A DNA stretch of 64,000 bases, from the NCBI GenBank assembly GCA_028023455.1, contig JAQFVV010000010.1, forward strand, positions 7,316,001 to 7,380,000, written 5' to 3'. Of the stretch, positions 12,677 to 23,506 are shown one piece after another. Both the position numbers and the translations under genes were made by a program. The notes below the pieces were generated by a model that worked only from the letters and a program-made list of their open reading frames with translations, made no database searches and was not told the origin of the DNA. This DNA comes from Epiperipatus broadwayi (taxonomy: Eukaryota > Animalia > Onychophora). Positions within the stretch are counted from its first letter, which is position 1, and every line of letters starts with the position of its first letter.

Positions 12677-13929
12677 TCAAATTCCAAATATATAAATTAT
12701 ATTCAAATTAAAAAGCGTATGAAACACTTAAACGAGAAGCTATTCAAATATTAATAATTATGTACATATAAATTTTAAATTACAGATCTTCATAGTTATT
12801 TTATTATTGCCTCTATTATATATTTTTCACTCTAGAAAATTAGCTTATGGAAATACTATATTGAATAATAATAAAATTATTATGTTAATATTATGAAAAT
12901 GCACTATCAGTAGCGATTCAGCAAGCTGTTTGTGAGAAATATATCCAGGGCCAACTATTTATTATTCTGGTAGCTGGATAATTATATAATTTATTTAAAA
13001 AACCAATCAAAAAAGGTTTAACAATAAATTCAAGAGTTTATTTACTATAAAAATAATATTAGGAGATAGTACTAATAAATCAACTGGCTAATTGATAGTT
13101 GAACACATGATCAAACTAAATCAAATAACAGTTCATATCTCTGCAGATCATTAATATATAAATCTCTCTTTACAACTGTAGTTCTGCTAATACTGATTTA
13201 TTCTACACTTAGACTTTTTCCAAGTCTGCTATCAGATCTTGCTATTTTGCTCTCTTCACATTACTACTTCTGTAGATACCCACACTGAATTGAAGTTCTG
13301 CAGCCATGTTGATTAACTTTGCTAATTTGCATAAGGCTAGACTTTTACTGATATGCAAATTAGCCTGTTGCTTCTTGTAGTAAACTAATTTTCTTTTATG
13401 CATATCATTATTTTTGGAGTGTTCTAATATTGTCTTTACTGACCAGCCTGTGCGCACACATACAATTTTATATATACACATACATCTCATGAGAATGCAA
13501 CAGAGAGAAAAACATAAGTCTGAACTATTTTATAAGCAAAAACTAGTGGCTTACTGTAAAGACTGATCAAATTGGATGTAAAGCTGTCACGGTAAGGTTT
13601 ATATTCGCATGCCGAGAAACTTACTGATAGATAAACTGACTATATTATTATTATTACTGTGCATGAAGATAACTTAGTCCCATATGACAATGTATATTAA
13701 TAACTGCCAAGAATAAAGTAAACACTACCAATATTTTTTCTTTAATTATTTCTTTACAAGTTAGTAAACTTGTATGTTGATTTTATTTTATCTGTTTATT
13801 TAATTTATAATTGATCATTACCCAGCTGGTATCATTTAGGATACACCCAAATACACAACAGAATGGCTGCCGTTGACAGCTTATAAAGAACCTGTATGCA
13901 TTTAATGGCTGAATGGTGTAATACTAAGA

Positions 13930-16080
13930 ATAGCACTCCCATGTCATACTATTCATGAGTTTGATGCCAATAATGCTTCAACATTAAATGTGTGTGTGGA
14001 ACACATTGTGTTATATGTTTACAAATACAGCTGAAGATAAAGTTGAAATGACTAATTGGTTATTCTTTTCTGGTAAAGATATCTTACAAATAGCTAAACA
14101 GTTATGTCACTTTGAAAGTCCCAAAGACATTCCATATCAAAACTTACTGTGAATATTTATTTTCAGCCAGTAGTCTTTAAGTGGGTGGCATATCTATGTT
14201 TTTGAATGAGGAAACAGTCACCTCATACATTTTCAAGATGACAATTTGCCTTTGAGCTAGAAGATACGCTGTTAGATCCATTGTTGTTTGGAATGTCACT
14301 CATAACTTAGATCTATTTTGTAGAGTAAGCCGAACTTTAGAAAGTGTATTGAACAGGAGACTGTTAGAGAATAATCAGAATTCCATTCTTTAACTTGTGT
14401 TCAGCACATGATACTTGTGAATAAAGCACAAACTGTATTTGCAGATTCAAAAACTTTCAAAAGATAATTTGACCTGTTATTGTTGTAGCGTAAAGATCAC
14501 ATTAAACATTTTATAAATTTAAAATGGAAAAGTGTCATACATGTAACATAAAAGGATATTTAACTAATGTCTACCATCATAAAGATGAATACAAAAGCTA
14601 AAACAAACTTGGATTTTAAATCAAAAGGATATGGAGTGAGAAAAAAGAGGATGTCATAAAGACTAATGAACCTTCATAATGGTCATATTACCTTAAGTGT
14701 GTTCATTTGCAAAAATAAAATAAATATGGAAGTCAACAGCAGCATTGGATTGTCATTGCTACCACTAAAAATATTGAAATAGTATTAGTGGTAAAAATAA
14801 ACATAAGTAGACATTTGAAAATACATATGTACTGACTATGAATGTAGATAGTAACAAGTTAGACATACGTGATAAGATGATGACACCTGTAAAATTTAAT
14901 GCCAGTATTGTCTACTCTTATTTATAATGAAGAAAAATATATGCCCTATACTTGGAAGAAACTAGTTCAGACCTCTTAGAATTAAATTTAAGAGAATGAA
15001 AAATATAATTTACACGGATATTGCAAATTACGGAAGGAATCTGAGCTGGTTAGTGTATTAATAAGGTCATGAAATGAAATTTCAAAATCCAGATGATGAT
15101 GAACAATTTGGAATGTGAATCTACCACTGACTTATCTTAAAAGACATTTGAATTTTGAGTAGAGTCTAAAATCCATGGCAGAGTTAATGTAGATCATGCC
15201 AGCCAGTGAATGATTATCTTTTCTGATAGCCATTGATTCTTACTCAAGATGGATTGATTACAAGCTCAAAACAAACAATAACCTCAAGTTTACTATTAAA
15301 GCTCTTCAAGATGTCTTTGTTAATCAAGATTATCCAGAAACTTTGATAACAGACAATGAAACTGGATTTATTTCTCTGGAGATTAAAAAATATTTTGCTG
15401 ATAAAGGGATGCTAATATTTTGACTCCCCATTATCATCCAGAAATTGAATGGATTGGCTGAAAAGGCAGTACAACAGTTAAAATCGGTGTTTAAGAAAAC
15501 ACCATCCAAAGATATAAAAGAAGCATTAAGTATAAACTGTATTTTAATAATACTTTATATCCAGTACATCAATTTTGAAAATGACAGCAGAATTCGTCTC
15601 TCAAATTATTGCCAGTTGATAATGTTGATATTAATAATACTTTTGAAGAAAGGAAATTCTGAAATTTTTAAAAAGGAAATTGATTTCTAATGTCATAATT
15701 GATGCACTTTCTAAAGTAATTACAGTAATCAAGCTTGATAATAGGCTTCTCATGAGAAGACATATCGATCATTTACAAATTTCCTCAGGTTGATTTGTCA
15801 CATGTAGTTAACTGCAAATTTTCATTAGCCAATACAGAACCTGAATCTGGTGAAACTGAGCAATATTTAGATACCTTCTCAGCAGGTCAAACATGGCAAT
15901 GTCATGTCACTCAAACTATTGGAGCAAATAATCAAATTATCATTTGGTAGAACTGGGAATGTTTCATCAAGACAGCTATCTCAAGTGGATTTAATTCCTG
16001 ATCATAAAAAGACCTGCGCCTCCACTTAGATGTATGAGATTGAAAAAGATCAGAGTCTAAAGGATTATATCTGTAATTAA
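13930..16080 (+). mobile_element. Degenerate Ty3/Gypsy internal region (gag, protease, integrase; RT and RNase H not seen)
   Basis: IHEFDANN (gag N-terminus), ELEDTLLDPLLFG, two knuckles CYCC..KDHI and KCHTCNIKGYL (~14475-14570); protease-like MEVNSSIGLS and PILGRN*F; integrase PWQRVNVDHA, FLIAIDSYSRW, YPETLITDNETGFIS, YHPE-NGLAEKAVQQLK (15170-15500); C-terminal RRHIDHLQ and KDYICN*. Confidence 0.85.
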
Positions 16081-16089
16081 GTGGTAATT

Positions 16090-16430
16090 AGAGTGAGGGG
16101 AGGTATGGACTGTCTGTAAACATATATATATATTATGGTTTGTTGAAATTTTGTGGTTGCATGCAGATAGTACATTATTAATACCTCTATTATAATTTGC
16201 ACTCTAAAAAATTATCATACAGCACTACTCTACTGAATAGTAATGAAGTTATTATTATGTTAATAAGTCATTATTGTGCAAATGAACTGACTGTAAAGAG
16301 TCAGCAAATTGTGAGAAAAAAAACATGAGTTAAGTCTGAGTTGCTTTATAAGCTTACCAAGGGAAAGAGAAGCAAAAACTCTTATGGTGAAGACCGATTA
16401 AATTGGATGTAGTTATTGTATTGTGTTCTT
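16090..16430 (+). repeat. Polypurine tract and candidate 3' LTR of the Gypsy element
   Basis: agagtgaggggagg (16090-16103) follows the integrase end. 16140-16420 shares blocks with 12125-12170, 12820-12940 and 13500-13580 (ttgttgaaatt...gcatgcagata; ctcta.aaaatt; aagtctga...aaattggatgta), which would be a 5' LTR split by later insertions. Confidence 0.45.
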
Positions 16431-16626
16431 ATTAGAGAAAAAAATTTAAGAGTACATTTAAAATTATTACCCCCCCCACCCCCCACAACATAACAAAATA
16501 AAACAACCAACCCCTCTCTCTTACATCAAAACCACCACCCCCTTTTAAAAAAAAAAAAGAAAAATACTTTTTTAAAAATTATTATTAAATATATATAAAA
16601 AATTAAAAATTTTAAATTTAAAAAAA

Positions 16627-17942
16627 AGTATGAAATATTGTTACAATGAAGTTTAAATAAACCTCTTTAAACATGAAATAAACATGTCACTATAATGCAG
16701 ACTAATAAATAGTCATCTAAAACATTATTTAATGCAATACTTTTAAATTGCCCATGTATTATTTAGAAATAATAAGCGAAATAGTGCCTAAAGCTAATCT
16801 GGGATAATGATATAATTAGTTTCCAACCAGTAACCACCTAAACATTCACAGTAAATATAGCAACCAATATCTCTAACTGCTGTCAAGGCAACCTTCACAC
16901 CTTTTAATAGCAAGAATGGAAATCCATTCTTACTAATGATCCATTGAATATATATGGACACTTAAAGATTGCAACTTGACTACAGAGTATGAAATATTGT
17001 TACAATGAAGTTTAAATAAACCTCTTTAAACATGAAATAAACATGTCACTATAATGCAGACTAATAAATAGTCATCTAAAACATTATTTAATGCAATACT
17101 TTTAAATTGCCCATGTATTATTTAGAAATAATAAGCGAAATAGTGCCTAAAGCTAATCTGGGATAATGATGTAATTAGTTTCCAACCAGTAACCACCTAA
17201 ACATTCACAGTAAATATAGCAACCAATATCTCTAACTGCTGTCAAGGCAACCTTCACACCTTTTAATAGCAAGAATGGAAATCCATTCTTACTAATGATC
17301 CATTGAATATATATGGACACTTAAAGATTGCAACTTGACTACAGAGTATGAAATATTGTTACAATGAAGTTTAAATAAACCTCTTTAAACATGAAATAAA
17401 CATGTCACTATAATGCAGACTAATAAATAGTCATCTAAAACATTATTTAATGCAATACTTTTAAATTGCCCATGTATTATTTAGAAATAATAAGCGAAAT
17501 AGTGCCTAAAGCTAATCTGGGATAATGATATAATTAGTTTCCAACCAGTAACCACCTAAACATTCACAGTAAATATAGCAACCAATTATTATTTCTAAAT
17601 AATACATGGGCAATTTAAAAGTATTGCATTAAATAATGTTTTAGATGACTATTTATTAGTCTGCATTATAGTGACATGTTTATTTCATGTTTAAAGAGGT
17701 TTATTTAAACTTCATTGTAACAATATTTCATACTCTGTAGTCAAGTTGCAATCTTTAAGTGTCCATATATATTCAATGGATCATTAGTAAGAATGGATTT
17801 CCATTCTTGCTATTAAAAGGTGTGAAGGTTGCCTTGACAGCAGTTAGAGATATTGGTTGCTATATTTACTGTGAATGTTTAGGTGGTTACTGGTTGGAAA
17901 CTAATTATATCATTATCCCAGATTAGCTTTAGGCACTATTTC
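16627..17942. repeat. 359-bp tandem array (~2.7 copies, 16627-17586) followed by one inverted, circularly permuted monomer (17586-17942)
   Basis: agtatgaaatattg recurs at 16627, 16986 and 17345 (period 359). Copies are nearly identical (I saw one difference, gataatgatg/ataatt). After ...caaccaat the sequence becomes the reverse complement and covers all but 2 nt of a monomer. Confidence 0.95.
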
Positions 17943-19540
17943 ATTTAATAATTAATATTACATTTTATAATAAACTTATATGTATATAACGTCTCTTCTT
18001 AAAGACGGATTGAGATATCTATAGAATAAAAATAATCTAACGATAATACTTTATTTTCAGCATAGTTTATTTTATTTTAAATTAGAGCTACAATATAAGT
18101 ATCTAATAAGATACTATTCAGAAGCATATCAAGCCATGTGTTATGAATCTAAAGCCTTTTTATTTTTCTCCTTGCAATCAAATTTGTTGTACAGATGGTA
18201 AATTTTTGCTATTTAAAAAAAACATTTCATTACTTTACTTGCTTCAAATTTTATATTATTTTCCACTGTGCCAGTTACTACTACGAGAAATATCCCATTA
18301 CGAACTTCACATTTTCATTAACTCCTAAATCATCTCACAAAACATTATTCTTTCTTATAATTGGATCATACAAAAATGCTTCTCTAAGACATTTTTCCTA
18401 CCTGATTTTTAAATACATTTTTGCAATTCTGTGCTAATGATAAACATATATCCATATGTACATCAGCCATCCAATTGAACATATAAAGTAAATGAACTAG
18501 ACAAAATTTCCTAAAAGATGTTTGTAGTAGGCTTGGGAAATGGGAGGGGAAATGCAGTATTTCAAAAAGAAAAGTTTGCTGCTGAGGAAATTAAGAAAAG
18601 CATTGTAAAATATCAAATAAATAGAATATTGGATCAGCAAGGTAACCATATTTGTGTTTCATATAGTAATTTGAATAATCATCGTAGAACTCAGTACTAG
18701 TGTATTATTTGTTTCTTTTGGAGTTGAATATTTAAAAATTATAGAAAAAAGGTAGCATTCGAATATCCCTTGTTAATTTCCATCTACTTTTGTCAAGGTT
18801 GTATCACATGATCATCACATACTGTATGGAAAGTTTTGCTTTGTTTTGTCATGATTGTATCTGAGTGCAAAGAATTATTTACATGTCATCAGTTACATAT
18901 TCTTGTCATTGTTTTTAATACTTTATTGAAATAATAGAATATTTAATTTTGCATATATTATGTATATGATTGAATGAAATAAGGGTAAAAGTTATCTTCT
19001 CTTAATTTACTAATAAATATTACTAACACTTATAACTAAATTAACAGTTATTCTTTTTCTTATCTCTCTGGTCAGGGACAGTGAAGATTGTATGTTTATG
19101 CAATCCCATTTCTATCTTTAATTATATATGTAATAATTGTGATTCTTTTTTTTTTCGTTGTTTACTAATTTTTTATTCAGTCTTTATCTCGTTTCTTTTT
19201 TCTTCTGGAATTAGAAAAACCGTACTTGCCAATCTTTTTTTTTCTTTCTCAAGAAAATTGATATCATAGTAAACTATTTCTTTTATCACAATAGAATGTT
19301 TATTGAAGGCAATCTTTTCCTACTCATTTTTTTTCTGTTTTTGCCAGTCATTCACTGATAGCCTCTTTTGATTGGCTAATTATGATCTATCTAGTTTGCA
19401 AGATTCTGGTGTATATATTTTTTAACAAAGCTAATATACATGAAAAACAAATTTTGACTAGGAACATACTTGTTCACCATCTCTATGAACACTTACTATA
19501 GTGCTTAATAAATCTCTATTTTGTATCATTCTATCCAATA

Positions 19541-19580
19541 TCCCAGACTAGTTTCAAGCGTATGGCTCCCTTCAATGAGA
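19541..19580 (-). ncRNA. Degenerate minimal hammerhead ribozyme
   Basis: Minus strand TCTCA TTGAAGG GAGC CATAC GCTT GAAAC TA GTC TGGGA: stems I-III can form; core C3 and A9 mutated. Confidence 0.55.
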
Positions 19581-19994
19581 AGTTTTACATCTTGAAACAA
19601 TTCATCTGGACCTTTAGAATCTAATACAACCTTTTTCCAGCTGCTATCATTTACCTTTTTTATACTATTAAGCTATTGACCCAAACTGAAAAACATATAA
19701 ATATTTTCAGTCTAAGCTAACTGACCCATATACTCATGAAACCAGTAGTTTCTATATGTTATAGTGTCCTTAGTTTTTTTAATAACAATAGATACTTCTA
19801 TCTTGTCAAGAGTTTGTTATAAGCTTGACATTAGCCTGGGGATATTGGATAAAACAGCACAGAATAGATCATATGGTTATTAAAAACTAGGATGCCATAA
19901 TATACAGAAACTGGTATGATGTAAATGATAACAGCTGAAATGAAAGCACATTAGAGCCTAAATATCTATGTGCACTGTTCCAAGATTCAAACCT

Positions 19995-20034
19995 CATCAT
20001 TGATAAAAGCCATAAGCTTGAAATTAGTCTGGGG
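19995..20034 (+). ncRNA. Degenerate minimal hammerhead ribozyme
   Basis: CATCA TTGATAA AAGC CATAA GCTT GAAAT TA GTC TGGGG: perfect stem II, core mutated. Confidence 0.45.
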
Positions 20035-21039
20035 ATATTGAATACAATAACACAGGATAGAGATTTATTTAGCATTATCATCTGGCATCTATTATTACTT
20101 ACTAAAGCTACTGTAAAGTAAAAGAATGCTGCTAAAATAATGTGTAACCTGAAGTAAAGTGAGTCATGTGATATCTGGGCTAGAAATAATATAATCTGTA
20201 GTCTAATAAATGATTAATATACTTACCTAAAATGGATAATGTCAAAGATATTAATAGAAGATGTATAATGATATTTTAAGAACAAAATGCCTGAGATATT
20301 TATTCTTTTCTGTTGGAAACCAAACCAACAATTTTTTATTATGACTAACTACTCAATTCCCAACAAATCAATTATGTTTATATCTAAATCAATAATTTAA
20401 TGATTAAACAAAAAATACATATAAACAAAAACTTAATTAAAATCATTATTTATAATTTTAAGTACAATTATAAAAGCTGGAAGTTTTAAAAGCCGATTTT
20501 TTTTTTTACTTTTTTAAAAATCTATTTTATATTTGTACTTTTATAAAGCTATATTTCAAATAGTTTTTTTTTGAATCCCCAATCAAAAATACAAGTTAAA
20601 AATACTCTTTAATTAAAACCTCATTTAATTCCATTTCTAAAAATATTCTTTTTATTAAAATCAATATCTTATTTTAGAATAAAGCTTAAACCTAATATGG
20701 TAAAATAAATTAAGATTTTGTAAATAATCATTGATGATGAGCAAGTATTATAATTTGGCCACAGTGCTCATAGTCTTTGAATTGAGAACGTACATAAATC
20801 AATACTTGACTGAAAACATACAGAAATCAGCACTTTCACGTTTAAAATATAAATAATGAATGTTCTTTAGTTGGAAGATATAAATCTGTTCCCTGTAAAA
20901 TATTATTTTTGCATAGAAGTGATCTCTATCAATAATTTTGTTTCAGAATTTTTACATTTTATTTAGTAGAGTTTAATCACATAGTTAACTACCAAAGCTT
21001 TTATAATACTATTTATTAATTAGCACGAAATACATATAT

Positions 21040-21575
21040 TGGTGATTATTTATCTTTTCTGCATGTGTATCAGTAGTATGAGATAGTGTGAATAGTGAAA
21101 AGGTTTGAAAGTCTGTGTTCAAATCCCCTATATTTACAATTGGTATGAGTAACTGGTATTTCAAATCTTACATATTAAGCCTGCATTCTTTCCATCCCTC
21201 TTCTATGTATTTAAATAGATACTGTTCTATACGTGAGGGGTCAGAGTGACTTGAGATCACCATGGGTATAATAACAATATTGGCATCAGCATGGGATTTG
21301 GGAATTCTATCATCAGATTTTCAATGGTTTGGATGGCTGAAAAATTGGAGTAGGTTGAAGCCTGTCCATTAAAGTGTAAATATTTGCTATAAACTGAGCA
21401 CTGATTTTATATATATATATGGGAGATGGTAATCTGGACCAATTGATGAGTGCTGCTTTAGCATAAAGTATTTATTGGTGATTATTTATCTTTTCTGCAT
21501 GTGTAGTCATGTGTATCAGTAGTATGAGATAGTGAAAGGGCTTGAAAGTTGTGTTCAAATCCCCTACATTTACAA
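21040..21575 (+). repeat. Family D fragments in direct (partial tandem) orientation
   Basis: ggtgattatttatcttttctgcatgtgta...ttgaaagt..gtgttcaaatccccta occurs at ~21040-21135 and ~21476-21570; the middle part (ttgaagcctgtccattaa...gagcactgatt...ctggaccaattgatgagtgctg) matches the right arm of 11458-12109. Confidence 0.75.
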
Positions 21576-22675
21576 ATAGGCTCCAGGTATAAGAGTGTGT
21601 GGTTATAGAAAATTAAATTGGGGTTATATCAGGAGTTTTACTTTGTGATGAATCTTGAAAATGAGATGTAATAATTTTGGTCGAAACCTATTATTGATGA
21701 TGATCAAGTATACACTGTCATAAACCTGCTTTTAAGTAAATCATTTAACGTACTCTTATGCATTTTAATAATGTAAAAGGCTTCATTATTGTAAGTCTGA
21801 TTTTGAGATACTTGGAATAATATTAAGGAAGTGGCAAACTATCACCATAATGAGAATGTTTTTATAGAGGTAAAGTCAAGCAGAAAACATACAATATATA
21901 TATACAAACATAAAACCAATAAGGTATCACATCAATATTGTAACATATGTTTTTCACATTACCTTCCTACAGCTGGTTTTAAAGTTAAAAATCATGACTC
22001 CAGATGGCAGTTCAGTTCCAAGAGATTTAGGCCTATGCGAATGAATAGGCATGGCTGACTTTTGCTTTGCAAGATAAGTTAGTTTTATTTATTTTAATAA
22101 CATCTAGATAAACATTTCTATTGTTGGAGAATATTTGTATAGATAGCGGATGAGAAAAGAGAGTTGAAGAGAGATAGATTTAATTGTATTTGGAAAGATT
22201 GAGAAAAAATATTGTTAACATTTGGAAAGCGATTTGAGATGCAGGCATTTTAACCATTTTTAAAAAATATTTGTGTTTATTACAATGAGTCCTTCAAAAC
22301 TAAGGCACACATAAGATTATTTGGATTTTAGAAAGTTTGCTAATAAAATTTTTTTAATTTAAGTGATTGATTCATTTTGAGAAAGAGGGGTAACATTGAA
22401 GTGTGAGTTTTAGGGGCGCATGTGTTTCTTGATCTTCATTATATATATATAAAAAAAACATTTTCTGTATAAAAAAAGTCTGGAAAGTGATAGAAAAATC
22501 ATAAATTTAAATATAAAGCAAGGGAATTGGAAAAAGAAGGAAATATGGACTGCATATTATAATGTAAAATTAAGAGCTTGCTAATAAACTCTAAACAAGT
22601 TTTTAAAAAATTTTTTAAATGATAAATGCTACAAGAGAAGGCATTCAAATAATCTTTATCTAGGATTGTCCCCAT

Positions 22676-22714
22676 CCCCAGACTAGTTTCGAGCTATGGC
22701 TCTCTTCAGTGAGG
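22676..22714 (-). ncRNA. Intact minimal type-I hammerhead ribozyme
   Basis: Minus strand CCTCA CTGAAGA GAGC CATA GCTC GAAAC TA GTC TGGGG: all conserved core nucleotides, 5-bp stem I, 4-bp stem II, palindromic ACTAGT stem III, GUC cleavage triplet. Confidence 0.85.
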
Positions 22715-23052
22715 AGCTAGGACACCAGATTCAAAAAACCAACTCAAATTAAGCATTTATCTAATATTAGTTAACTTTCAATAAGAATATCTGAAACCTT
22801 TAGACATCTACATGTTTTTAGTCAGATCTTCAAATGGAAAAATCATATGAGTCTGAACTTTCAGATACTCCATATATTAATAGGCTTAGCCATTTAATTT
22901 AGCCAAAGCCCCCAATAGCAAAATAATAATAGTAATAATAGAAAGTCAGATATCACATGTAGATGTCTAAAGGTTTCATATCTTCTTATTGAAAGCTAAC
23001 TATTAGATAAATGCTTAGCTTTAGATGATTTTTTGAATCTGGTGTCCTAGCA

Positions 23053-23091
23053 CCTCACTGAAGAGACCCATAGGTCAAAACCAGTCTGGGG
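23053..23091 (+). ncRNA. Hammerhead ribozyme copy (G12 mutated)
   Basis: CCTCA CTGAAGA GACC CATA GGTC AAAAC CA GTC TGGGG: stem II carries a compensatory pair relative to 22676-22714; GAAA became AAAA at a CpG. Confidence 0.75.
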
Positions 23092-23467
23092 ATAGGGACA
23101 ATCCTAGATAAAGATGATGTGAATGCCTTCTCTTGTAGTAGCATTTATCATAACAAATAAAAAAAATATTGTTTAGAGGTTATTAGCATGCTCTTAATTT
23201 TACATATTTGTAAATGCAAGCTATATATGTCATGTGACATCTGACTTTCTATTACTATTCTGCCATTGGGGCTTTGGTTAAATTAAATGGATAAGCTTAT
23301 TAATATCTGGAGTATCTGAATTAAGTTCAGGCTCATATGATTTTTTCAGTTGAAGAGCTGACTTTAAAGACATGTAGATGCCTAAAGATTTCAGATCATC
23401 TTATTGAAAGTTAATTATTAGATGAATGCTTAACTTTAGTTGGTTTTTTGAATCTGGTGTCCTAGCT

Positions 23468-23506
23468 CCTCACTGAAGAAATCCATAGCTTGAAACTGGT
23501 CTGGTG
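23468..23506 (+). ncRNA. Hammerhead ribozyme copy (core intact, stems partly decayed)
   Basis: CCTCA CTGAAGA AATC CATA GCTT GAAAC TG GTC TGGTG. Confidence 0.7.

Larger units (their letters stand above)
19480..20100. mobile_element. Family B cluster: one minus-strand copy followed by two plus-strand copies
   Basis: Minus copy ~19480-19725 and plus copies ~19800-19900 and ~19915-20100 share upstream (gttgtattagattctaa/gcacattagagcctaa) and downstream (ctggggatattg...atagagattt...tctggcatc) blocks with 37316-37612. Confidence 0.65.

Noticed and set aside
16627-17942. Identity with the Drosophila 359-bp (1.688) satellite, or a CRISPR array
   Set aside because: Only the unit length coincides; the sequence does not resemble the 1.688 unit as I recall it. 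There are no short repeats with unique spacers and no cas genes.
18518-18700. MFVVGLGNG resembling peptidyl-tRNA hydrolase VGLGNPG
   Set aside because: No further similarity and a very short ORF.
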